Positions 38,994-47,649 of a stretch of DNA of 64,000 nt are shown here, one piece after another. Source of the stretch: Alistipes sp. GTDB lineage: Bacteria > Bacteroidota > Bacteroidia > Bacteroidales > Rikenellaceae. The notes beneath the pieces were generated by a model, which worked only from the letters and a program-made list of their open reading frames with translations, was not told the origin of the DNA and searched no databases. The stretch covers positions 322 to 64,321 of the forward strand of contig JAZQYM010000014.1 in assembly GCA_045633525.1 (NCBI GenBank). Reading direction: 5' to 3'. Numbering within the stretch: the stretch's first letter is position 1; every line of letters starts with the position of its first letter. A program made the position numbers and the translations under genes.

Positions 38994-39095
38994 AAATTAT
39001 CTCGTGTTGTTTATGGGGTAAATTCGAGGTTCTTAGAACTGCGACATTGTCGTTTACTTAGCACTCCTCCCCACTATATCGAGATGTTGGGACTC

Positions 39096-41303
39096 TTAGT
39101 AAGTGAAACCGTTAGAGTCACCTGTGTATTTTACACCATTGATAACGAGCTCGATAGTAACCTTTGTCTGCTGAATATGAACATAAGACTCACTAGTAAC
39201 ATCTGTTGTTGCTACACCATCAACGGTAACATTGGTGAAGTAGCTTGAACGAGTTGTGTCGGCATAGAACTTAGCAAATGCCAACTCGTTAGTAGTTACA
39301 GTGATAACGCGGCCATCATCCTTACCTGTAAGTGTGATAACAGCAGTGCTGGTGTCGTAGTGAGCTGAGTAGTTCCAATTCTCATAGTTCTCGCCGCCAG
39401 TGTTGCCGCCTTCGTTGCCACCCTCCTCAGGCTGTGCCTCAGTAGTGAATGTTGCAGTACCAGCATCAGAGGTGATATACAAAGCCTCGTCAGAAGAGTT
39501 TGCTACAACTGATACAGTGTATGTCGTAGCGTACTCAAGGTTGTTATATACGATGTATGTTGTAGATACAGTCTGAACATCTGTGCCGTTCAAAGTAACA
39601 GTGTAGTCCTTAGCACCTACAATCTCCTGCCAGCTGATAGTTGCAGCGTTGCCAGAAGCGATACCTGCTACAGATGGAGTAGCAAGCTTTACAGGCTCTG
39701 CAGGCTCTGTTGAGCCACCCTCGTTGCCCTCAGCCTCAACGTATGTGAAAGTCATCTCGCTACCATCTTCCATTGTAAGATTGATAGTGTAGTCAGCAGT
39801 TGCCTTCTCTGCTACAACCAAAGTACCAGCAGCTGCCTTGTAAGATACGCCACCAACAACGATATTGTTTGTAGAGAAGTAACTCTTGTTGCCGCTGTAT
39901 GAGCGAGTAATCCAGTTGTAAGTACCAGGGGTAACGCCGCTCTCATTTGCCGCATATTCATTTACGCAAAGGCTAAGCTTGTCGCCAGCCTCGTTTGTAA
40001 GCTTATACTCGAAGTAGTAGAATGCAGTGTTGTAAGTAACATACTCCCAGTTAGTGAATACAACAACACTTGGCTCCTCGCTAACCTCACCTCGATCGTT
40101 GAGCTTACCGTTGTACTCAATCATATATGTGAAGCCGTCACGACCCTGAAGAGTAAGCTCGATATGGTAAACATCGCCCTCAGCCTCAACAACAGCAGTA
40201 CCAGCGTCAACAGCTACAGATGTGCCGTTTACGGTGAATGTGCGAGTTGTGAAGTCTACGAAGTCGTTGTAACCCCACCAAGAGGTATTTGTCCAAGTGT
40301 ATAGCTGAGCAGTAAGTGCAGTCTCAGAAGCGTACTGTGCTGGGAAGTGTACATCTACAGAGAAGCCCTCGCCAGATACAGCATACTTGTTGCCATAGCT
40401 TGAAGAACCACCCCAGTACCACTTATCAGCAGTGTGTGTAGCCTGGAACTCTACAGGAACATCTGTACCACCGTCGCCAACAGTAAGTGCACCCTCGAAT
40501 ACTACGTGGTGAACCTCGCCATTTGCCATCTCGATGTTAGCCTCGATCTTGCCAGTAGTGATAACAAGGTTTGCATCCTTAAACATCTCCATACCATTTA
40601 CAAGGTCGCCATTCTGCATCTGGTAGCGGAATGAGTAGTCATCAATGATAGTGTTTGCGCTATAGCTTGAAGCCAAAGAGTAAGTGCCGTTAGGAAGAAC
40701 ACCGTTACCCTTAGTTGCAGATACAATACCGAAAGAGTAGTAAGTACCACCGTTTACACCCCAACCATTGCTGCCCCAAGTGTTGTCGCCAAGCTCGAAG
40801 TAGTAGTAGTGAAGACCACCATCAGCCTCGTACTCAGTTGTGATGTGAGTTGCTGCGAACTCTACCTTGTCGCCTGGCTGCTCTGGCTGCTCTGGCTGCT
40901 CTGGCTCATCGCCTGGACCATCAGGATTAAGAGATGCCTTAGTAGTCATAGTGATGAAGTCCTTAACAGTAGCCTTGTTGTTCTGAGCTGCTACAGCAAC
41001 AACATACTCAGTAGACTCCTTAAGACCCTCCTCCTTGATAATGATATTCACATTAGCATCTGCAGCCTTACCATTTGTAAGAATCTCAGCAGCGTTAGGA
41101 ACGTCAGAACCCTCAACTACAAGGTATGCAACCTGAGTAGCATCAGTAGATGTAATGATGAACTGCACAGAAGTCTCTGTTGTAGACATAGCAGTTACCT
41201 TTACTGTAGGCTCCTTAAGCTCATCTACAGCAGTGTTCTCCTGACAAGCCACGAAGAATAGTGGCAATGCAAGAAGTGCGGTAAAAAGATTTTTAATTTT
41301 CAT
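39096..41303 (-). CDS. Large modular surface lipoprotein (FN3-like plus repeated beta domains)
   Basis: Lipobox FVAC; GLKESTEY and NLEYATTYTV FN3 motifs; PEQ and EGGN linkers. Confidence 0.78.
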   Translation of the reverse strand: MKIKNLFTALLALPLFFVACQENTAVDELKEPTVKVTAMSTTETSVQFIITSTDATQVAYLVVEGSDVPNAAEILTNGKAADANVNIIIKEEGLKESTEYVVAVAAQNNKATVKDFITMTTKASLNPDGPGDEPEQPEQPEQPGDKVEFAATHITTEYEADGGLHYYYFELGDNTWGSNGWGVNGGTYYSFGIVSATKGNGVLPNGTYSLASSYSANTIIDDYSFRYQMQNGDLVNGMEMFKDANLVITTGKIEANIEMANGEVHHVVFEGALTVGDGGTDVPVEFQATHTADKWYWGGSSSYGNKYAVSGEGFSVDVHFPAQYASETALTAQLYTWTNTSWWGYNDFVDFTTRTFTVNGTSVAVDAGTAVVEAEGDVYHIELTLQGRDGFTYMIEYNGKLNDRGEVSEEPSVVVFTNWEYVTYNTAFYYFEYKLTNEAGDKLSLCVNEYAANESGVTPGTYNWITRSYSGNKSYFSTNNIVVGGVSYKAAAGTLVVAEKATADYTINLTMEDGSEMTFTYVEAEGNEGGSTEPAEPVKLATPSVAGIASGNAATISWQEIVGAKDYTVTLNGTDVQTVSTTYIVYNNLEYATTYTVSVVANSSDEALYITSDAGTATFTTEAQPEEGGNEGGNTGGENYENWNYSAHYDTSTAVITLTGKDDGRVITVTTNELAFAKFYADTTRSSYFTNVTVDGVATTDVTSESYVHIQQTKVTIELVINGVKYTGDSNGFTY
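40874..40906. repeat. 9-bp coding tandem repeat (PEQ)x3-4
   Basis: CTGGCTGCT repeated. Confidence 0.8.
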
Positions 41304-41344
41304 AAAGTTTTGTTTTTAATAGGTTATGTTATTTGTGATAATTT

Positions 41345-43459
41345 CTATTTGAGGTACTTGTTCAACCAGTCGAAGAACTCTCTATTCCATACGACAGAGT
41401 TCTGTGGTTGGAATACCTGGTGAGCCTCGTTCTCAAACGATACCAAGCGAGCATCAATGCCCTGAACGCGTGCTGCAGTGAATGCCTCCAATGACTGGCT
41501 ATATGGGATACGGTAGTCCTTCTCGCCAGTGATAATCATAATTGGGCTATCCCAATTGCCTACCTTCTTGTGTGGTGAGTTCGCGTACGAGCGCTGTGCT
41601 GTAGCGTTGTCCATCTCCCAGTATGCGCCTCCGTAGTCGTTTGTTACGAAGAAGAGCTCCTCGGTGTGACCGTACATAGACTCGAAGTTGAAAATTCCGC
41701 AGTGTGCGATAAACGCCTTGAAGCGACCCTCGTGAACGCCTGCAAGGTAGTAGGTAGAGTACCCACCGTATGATGCACCTACGCAACCACGACGCTCAGT
41801 GTCAACAAATGGCTCCTTCGATACCTCGTCGATAGCAGCAAGGTAGTCACGGATATTCTGACCTGAGTAGTCGCCAGAGATCTGGTCGGTCCACTCCTGA
41901 CCAAATGATGGACAGCCACGACGGTTAGGTGCTACGATGATATAGCCCTCGGCAGCCATAAGCTGGAAGTTCCAACGGTAGCTCCAGAACTGCGATACGG
42001 TGCTCTGTGGACCACCCTGGCAGTAGAGTAGTGTAGGGTACTTCTTCGTTGGGTCGAAGTGTGGAGGGTAGATAACCCATGTAAGCATCTTCTTACCATC
42101 GGTAGTAGTAATCCAACGCTCCTCAACCTTACCGAAGTCGATATTGTCATAAATCTCGCGGTTTACATCCGTAAGCTGTGTAAGCTCGCCAGACTCAAGG
42201 TTTACATCGTAGAGCTCAACGGCCTTAGAGATTGTGTTCATATTTGCAACAATCTTACCACCTGCGAAGGTGAAATTGTTGATATCGTGGTTGCCCTTAG
42301 TGATATGCTTCATATTACCGTTAAGGTCGATATGAGCCACCTGGTGAGTGCCACGCCAAGGAAGAACGAAGTACATAGCCTCGTTGCCATCCCACACAAC
42401 CTCGGTTACGCAGTAGTCCTGACCGCGTGTGATGTAGTTGCACTCGTTGGTCTCAAGGTTGAAGACCCAAAGGCGCTGCTGGTCTGCTTCGTTGCCTGGG
42501 CGACGCTGTGAGCGGAAGGCAATCTTCTTGCCGTCTGGTGAGAATACTGGATACTTGTCGTAGCCTACGAACTTATCTACACCCTGTGCTGCAGCCTCCT
42601 TTGTAAGGTTGCGTGTAGTCTCCGAAGCGAAGTCGTAGAGGAAGATATCCGAATCAGTAGAGAGTGCATACTCTGTGCCTGTCAATGGCTTACATGTGTA
42701 AGCAAGCTGTGTGCCGTCTGGAGAGAGACGAATCTCTGCAGTGTCGAAGTATGGTGCCAAAGGAGCATCGTATGCCTTGTCTGCACCGATGATATCCTTG
42801 CCATTTACAATCTTGCCATTCACGTAGTCGGCAGCGAAGATATGAAGGTATGAGCCATCATCCCAGTAGTCCCAGTGGCGTACCATAAGGTCGTCATAGA
42901 TGCGCACCTTCGACTTATCCATATCCTCGTACTTGTTCGAACCCTTGAGCTTAGCAACCTCTACGCGCTGAACATAGAAGGCGTGGTCGCCCTCGATGCC
43001 GAAGCCCTCGATGCCACCCTCGATATCGGTGAGCTGTGTTAGGTTCTCGCCATTAAGACCCATACTCCAAGCCTGCATCGAGCCTGAGCGGTTCGACATA
43101 AAGGCTACAGTGTTGTTGTCGAGCCACTGTGGAGCAGTATTTGTAGAGTTGTAGTCGGTAATAGCGCGCTCCTGGCCAGTAGCCATATCGCGCAACCATA
43201 GAAGTGTGATGCCGCGATTCTCAGCCATGTTGTACTGAGTAACGGTGTAGATAAGCTGTGAGCCATCTGGCGAAAGGGTCTGCTGACCGATACGACTCAT
43301 CTTCCACATTACCTCTGGTGTGAACTTGCCTGCCTCCTTCTCCTGGGCTGTCAGAGCGTTGTCTATTGTCAGAGGCTTTGGAGCGTTGTCGTTGACCTCT
43401 GAGCCACAGCCAACCGCAAGGATTGTTGCGAATGTCATAAAAAAGAGAATTTTTTTCAT
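41345..43459 (-). CDS. S9 family peptidase (prolyl oligopeptidase/dipeptidyl peptidase), lipoprotein
   Basis: QGGPQ, GASYGG, DYRIP and NEAH catalytic motifs. Confidence 0.93.
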   Translation of the reverse strand: MKKILFFMTFATILAVGCGSEVNDNAPKPLTIDNALTAQEKEAGKFTPEVMWKMSRIGQQTLSPDGSQLIYTVTQYNMAENRGITLLWLRDMATGQERAITDYNSTNTAPQWLDNNTVAFMSNRSGSMQAWSMGLNGENLTQLTDIEGGIEGFGIEGDHAFYVQRVEVAKLKGSNKYEDMDKSKVRIYDDLMVRHWDYWDDGSYLHIFAADYVNGKIVNGKDIIGADKAYDAPLAPYFDTAEIRLSPDGTQLAYTCKPLTGTEYALSTDSDIFLYDFASETTRNLTKEAAAQGVDKFVGYDKYPVFSPDGKKIAFRSQRRPGNEADQQRLWVFNLETNECNYITRGQDYCVTEVVWDGNEAMYFVLPWRGTHQVAHIDLNGNMKHITKGNHDINNFTFAGGKIVANMNTISKAVELYDVNLESGELTQLTDVNREIYDNIDFGKVEERWITTTDGKKMLTWVIYPPHFDPTKKYPTLLYCQGGPQSTVSQFWSYRWNFQLMAAEGYIIVAPNRRGCPSFGQEWTDQISGDYSGQNIRDYLAAIDEVSKEPFVDTERRGCVGASYGGYSTYYLAGVHEGRFKAFIAHCGIFNFESMYGHTEELFFVTNDYGGAYWEMDNATAQRSYANSPHKKVGNWDSPIMIITGEKDYRIPYSQSLEAFTAARVQGIDARLVSFENEAHQVFQPQNSVVWNREFFDWLNKYLK

Positions 43460-43504
43460 AAAGTTGTTATTTAATGTTTATCTTTGCCAACAAATGAAAT
43501 GCGT

Positions 43505-44113
43505 ATGAAGGACTACACAATATATTTTTGTGATACTGAGGTGGTTGTGACAACAGAGTCTCCCAATTCTCAATACACAGTATTGGGCGTTGATGCTTCG
43601 TTTGCTATTTCGCGTGCTAAGGTAGTAAAAAAAGTCGAAACAGACAAATTTATTGCAATTATAACCCCAAATCCCACAGCTACTTTCGACTCGCTGAAGT
43701 CGCAGTTTAAGGAGGTCTTTGCTGCGGGTGGCGTTGTGGTGAGTGACGAGGAGGAACTTCTAATGATAGAGTTGCGTAATCGCTGGGACTTGCCAAAGGG
43801 ACATATCGAGGCTGGCGAGAGTGAGAGTGTGGCGGCACTAAGAGAGGTCGAGGAGGAGACGGGTGTAAAGGCGGAGATTGTTGGTAATAAGCCAATTGCA
43901 GTGACCTGGCACGCCTACGATACGTATGGTAGCTGGGAGCTAAAGCGTACCTCGTGGTGGCGAATGCGAGCCTTGAAGGGCGAGGTTGTGCCGCAGCGTG
44001 AGGAGGGTATTGCAAATGTGGCGTGGTCTGCTCGTGAGGAGGTTGCCGAGCGACTAAAACAAAGCTATCCCACAATTAAATTTGTTGTTGAGGCGTTATA
44101 TAGCAACAAATAG
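43505..44113 (+). CDS. NUDIX hydrolase
   Basis: WDLPKGHIEAGESESVAALREVEEETG Nudix box. Confidence 0.9.
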   Translation: MKDYTIYFCDTEVVVTTESPNSQYTVLGVDASFAISRAKVVKKVETDKFIAIITPNPTATFDSLKSQFKEVFAAGGVVVSDEEELLMIELRNRWDLPKGHIEAGESESVAALREVEEETGVKAEIVGNKPIAVTWHAYDTYGSWELKRTSWWRMRALKGEVVPQREEGIANVAWSAREEVAERLKQSYPTIKFVVEALYSNK

Positions 44114-44120
44114 AGATGCT

Positions 44121-45680
44121 ATGAATAAGATTCTTTGGGTTGACGATGAGATAGATTTGCTCAAACCCCATGTGATGTTCCTTACATCGAAGGGTTATGA
44201 GGTGGATACTTGTAATAACGGTTACGATGCAGTAGATATGCTCCGTACTACTGCCTACGATCTTGTGGTATTGGATGAGATGATGCCCGGTATGACGGGT
44301 CTCGAGACCCTGCCACTTATCAAGGAGGCGCACCCTTCGTTGCCTGTAATTATGGTGACTAAATCTGAAGAGGAAAACATTATGAATAAGGCGATTGGCT
44401 CAAAAATCGCAGACTATATCATAAAGCCGGTGAATCCTAATCAGGTCTTGCTTTCTATAAAGAAAAACCTCCACTCCGAGCGTCTTGTTACCGAGCAGAC
44501 AACGGCAGATTATCGATCGGAGTTTGGACGTATCACCGCCCAGCAGCAGAGCGCCTCGACCTTTATGGATTGGTGTGCCTTGTATCGTAAGATTGTGGGC
44601 TGGGAGATAGAGCTCTCCACGTCAAGAGATAAGAGTATAGGCGAGGTGTTGCTATATCAGAAAAACGAGGCTAATCAGGAGTTCTCGAAGTTTGTACGCC
44701 GTAATTACTACAACTGGATAAATCAGCGCGTTGACGATAGCGAAATACCGGTTATGTCGCACACCTTGATGCGTCGAAGAGTTTTGCCAGAAGTGGATAA
44801 GGGTGAGAAGGTTACGCTCTTTGTAATCGATAATATGCGCTACGATCAGTGGCGTGTGATAGAACCGATGTTGCGAGGCTACTACGATATCGCGGTCGAC
44901 GACCTCTATTGCTCGATTCTGCCTACCGCTACGCAGTATGCGCGTAATGCGCTCTTTGCGGGTTTGATGCCGTTGGCTATAGATAAGCTTATGCCTGATA
45001 AGTGGTTCAATGACAATGAGGATGGTGGCAAAAATATGTATGAGGAGGAGTTTGTGCGTCGATTGTTGCAACAGTCGGGTTGCAATTGTAAACTCTCGTT
45101 CGATAAGATTGTGCGTCCAGAGGCGGGTCGTAGAATGCTCGATAATATGAATAAGGTATACGAGGCTGATTTCTCGATTATTGTCTACAACTTTCTTGAT
45201 ATTCTCTCTCACGCGCGTACCGAGACTGATATTATTCGTGACCTTACCGATGACGAGGCTTCGTTCCGCTCACTTACACGCTCTTGGTTTGAGCACTCGG
45301 AGCTATACACTATGTTGACGCTCCTCTCGGAGCGCGGTCATAAGGTGATTATCACCTCGGACCACGGTACTATTCGTGTGGATAACCCCGTGCGAGTTAC
45401 GGGCGATAGGGAGACATCGGCAAATCTTCGCTATAAGACGGGTCGTAACTTAATGTATAACGCGCGCGAAGTATATGAGGTAACGCGCCCCGAGGATATT
45501 CAGCTTCCGTCTGGTCGTCTGACGTCGAGCTACATCTTCGCCTACAACCGAGATTTCTTGGTGTATAACAATGATGCCAATAAATATATCCGCTACTACA
45601 AGAATACCTTTCAGCATGGAGGTATCTCGATGGAGGAGATGATGGTGCCATTCGTGGTGCTTAAGCCTAAGAAAAGATAA
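44121..45680 (+). CDS. porX: PorX-type response regulator (REC plus PglZ alkaline-phosphatase domain)
   Basis: ILWVDDE, LDEMMPG, LPTATQYARN, SDHG and FQHGG motifs; adjacent to tsaE. Confidence 0.9.
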   Translation: MNKILWVDDEIDLLKPHVMFLTSKGYEVDTCNNGYDAVDMLRTTAYDLVVLDEMMPGMTGLETLPLIKEAHPSLPVIMVTKSEEENIMNKAIGSKIADYIIKPVNPNQVLLSIKKNLHSERLVTEQTTADYRSEFGRITAQQQSASTFMDWCALYRKIVGWEIELSTSRDKSIGEVLLYQKNEANQEFSKFVRRNYYNWINQRVDDSEIPVMSHTLMRRRVLPEVDKGEKVTLFVIDNMRYDQWRVIEPMLRGYYDIAVDDLYCSILPTATQYARNALFAGLMPLAIDKLMPDKWFNDNEDGGKNMYEEEFVRRLLQQSGCNCKLSFDKIVRPEAGRRMLDNMNKVYEADFSIIVYNFLDILSHARTETDIIRDLTDDEASFRSLTRSWFEHSELYTMLTLLSERGHKVIITSDHGTIRVDNPVRVTGDRETSANLRYKTGRNLMYNAREVYEVTRPEDIQLPSGRLTSSYIFAYNRDFLVYNNDANKYIRYYKNTFQHGGISMEEMMVPFVVLKPKKR

Positions 45681-46075
45681 ATTTCTTGTGATAAGCGGCC
45701 ATCTGCGGCATCTGGCTTGTCTGAAAATTCCTCATTTACGCTTGGTAAACTGCGGATTTTCAGCCTGCGACCAGCTTCACAGCTAACCGCTTCTAACAAG
45801 AAATTATGGTTGAACGATAAATATGAGGCGTGCAGAAAATAGAAGTCGGCAATGTGCGGCATCTGGCTTGTCTGAAAATTCCTCATTTACGCTTGGTAAA
45901 CTGCGGATTTTCAGCCTGCGACCAGCTTCACAGCTAACCGCTTCTAACAAGAAATTCTGGTTGAACGATAAATATGAGGCGTGCAGAAAATAGAAGTCGG
46001 CAATGTGCGGCATCTGGCTTGTCTGAAAATTCCTCATTTACGCTTGGTAAACTGCGGATTTGATACCTCATTTAC
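45680..46075. repeat. Long palindrome copy E3 (45680-45805) and its tandem amplification (period 151 bp, about 2.4 units)
   Basis: GCGGCATCTGGCTTGTCTG recurs at 45705, 45856 and 46007; E3 termini match E1. Confidence 0.9.
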
Positions 46076-46124
46076 GTGTATGTGTCAAATATATAAATAT
46101 TGATTAAAACAAACTAATAATATA

Positions 46125-46538
46125 ATGGAGAAAGTAATTGAGATTAACTCATTGGACGAGTTGGATAAGGTTGCCCAGACGGTCATAGATTCGCTTGAGG
46201 GTCGTACGGTGGTTGCCTTTGATGCCCCTATGGGTGCAGGTAAGACCACGCTTATTGGTCGCATCGCGCGATTGCTTGGCGCGGAGGATGACGTTACAAG
46301 CCCAACATTTGCAATTGTGAACCAGTATGAGGGTGTTCGCACCATCTATCACTTTGATATGTATCGTATCGAGCGCATCGAGGAGGCACTCGACTTTGGC
46401 TCAGAGGAGTATCTAAGTTCGGGCGAGTTGTGTTTGGTGGAGTGGCCCGAGAAGATTGAGGCGTTGCTGCCAGATGATACTATGGTTGTGAAGATTGAGA
46501 TACTCTCTGAGGGTGCGCGACGTTTTGTAATTCGGTAA
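46125..46538 (+). CDS. tsaE: tRNA threonylcarbamoyladenosine biosynthesis ATPase
   Basis: MGAGKTT, SPTF, HFDMYR and VEWP motifs. Confidence 0.95.
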   Translation: MEKVIEINSLDELDKVAQTVIDSLEGRTVVAFDAPMGAGKTTLIGRIARLLGAEDDVTSPTFAIVNQYEGVRTIYHFDMYRIERIEEALDFGSEEYLSSGELCLVEWPEKIEALLPDDTMVVKIEILSEGARRFVIR

Positions 46539-46584
46539 TTTTGACTACCTTTGTCGCGTTTTTCAAAGAAAATATACTTAAATT

Positions 46585-46995
46585 ATGGAGAAGTACGAGT
46601 CAAAACAGCAACAGATAAATCACCCAGCGGCGTTGATATTCCCAATTATCTCGCGTATGGATCTTATGACCCCAGCCATTCAGGATAAGGTTGAGGAGTG
46701 GGAGGCAACCGAAGATAGTTGCTCTTTCAAGGTTAAGGGTATGAAGGTGTCGTTGCGCATTGAGGAGAAGGTTGAGAATAAGCATGTTAAGATTGTAGCT
46801 GGCGAGGGAGGTCTACCTATCGATTTCTGTTTCTGGATCCAGCTTAAGGAGGTTGCCGAGCGCGATACACGCATTCGTATGGTGCTCCACGCTGAGCTAA
46901 ATATGATGATGCGAATGATGCTTGGCTCGAAACTTCAAGCAGGTCTTGACCAGGCTGTAGAGGGTTTGGCAAAGGCTTTGAATAGCTTTAGATAG
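46585..46995 (+). CDS. SRPBCC/polyketide-cyclase-like protein
   Basis: Conserved Bacteroidales pattern DSCSF, FWIQLK, LNMMM. Confidence 0.7.
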   Translation: MEKYESKQQQINHPAALIFPIISRMDLMTPAIQDKVEEWEATEDSCSFKVKGMKVSLRIEEKVENKHVKIVAGEGGLPIDFCFWIQLKEVAERDTRIRMVLHAELNMMMRMMLGSKLQAGLDQAVEGLAKALNSFR

Positions 46996-47178
46996 TAGTT
47001 TGTTTATTGCAGTACAGAGGGTTGTGAGCCTAAAAACGATTTTTATTTTCGTTTTTGCTTGCATATTTTACAAAGTTGCTGTATATTTGCGAACATTTTT
47101 GCCGAGATTTAAGTTTTGGCAAGTTTTAAGAGTAGAAGATTTTTACAAAAAAAACAATTAAAATAAATAATTACAACT

Positions 47179-47451
47179 ATGACAAAGGCAGATATCGTAA
47201 ACGAGATTGCAAAGTCTACTGGTGTTGAGAAGGTACAGGTCCAGGCTATCGTAGAGGCGTTTATGGATAGCGTTAAGGACGCTATGATCAAGGGTGAGAA
47301 TGTGTACTTGCGTGGTTTCGGTAGCTTCATCATCAAGAAGCGTGCTGAGAAGGTAGCTCGTAACATCTCTAAGAATACAACTATCACTATTCCTGAGCAC
47401 AATATCCCAGCTTTCAAGCCAGCTAAGAGCTTTGCAGGTGAGGTAAAGTAA
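47179..47451 (+). CDS. HU/IHF-family DNA-binding protein
   Basis: MTKADIV, LRGFGSF, ARNISK and PAFKP motifs. Confidence 0.95.
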   Translation: MTKADIVNEIAKSTGVEKVQVQAIVEAFMDSVKDAMIKGENVYLRGFGSFIIKKRAEKVARNISKNTTITIPEHNIPAFKPAKSFAGEVK

Positions 47452-47479
47452 TTGACAAACCTTTTAATATTATATAATT

Positions 47480-47569
47480 ATGCCAAACGGAAAGAAGCAC
47501 AAGCGTCATAAGATGGCGACGCACAAGCGTAAGAAGCGTCTTCGCAAGAATCGTCATAAGAAGAAGTAA
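47480..47569 (+). CDS. 29-aa basic protein MPNGKKHKRHKMATHKRKKRLRKNRHKKK (AURKAIP1/COX24-like, bS22/mS38-type ribosomal protein)
   Basis: Translated directly from the sequence; below the ORF-track cutoff; AT-rich leader; family pattern KRxKMxxHKRKKRLRKNR. Confidence 0.85.
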   Translation: MPNGKKHKRHKMATHKRKKRLRKNRHKKK

Positions 47570-47649
47570 TTTTTCTTATTAGGACATAGTTGGAGCTAAG
47601 GCAAGTCCTTAGCTTCACCTATTTATGTTAACCGATTTACATTGTATTT

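Noticed and set aside
44121-45680. PglZ domain as part of a BREX defence system
   Set aside because: The REC-PglZ architecture beside tsaE is PorX; no brxC, pglX or brxL present.
45680-46075. Possible CRISPR array
   Set aside because: Units are 151 bp with essentially identical intervening sequence, no unique spacers and no cas genes.
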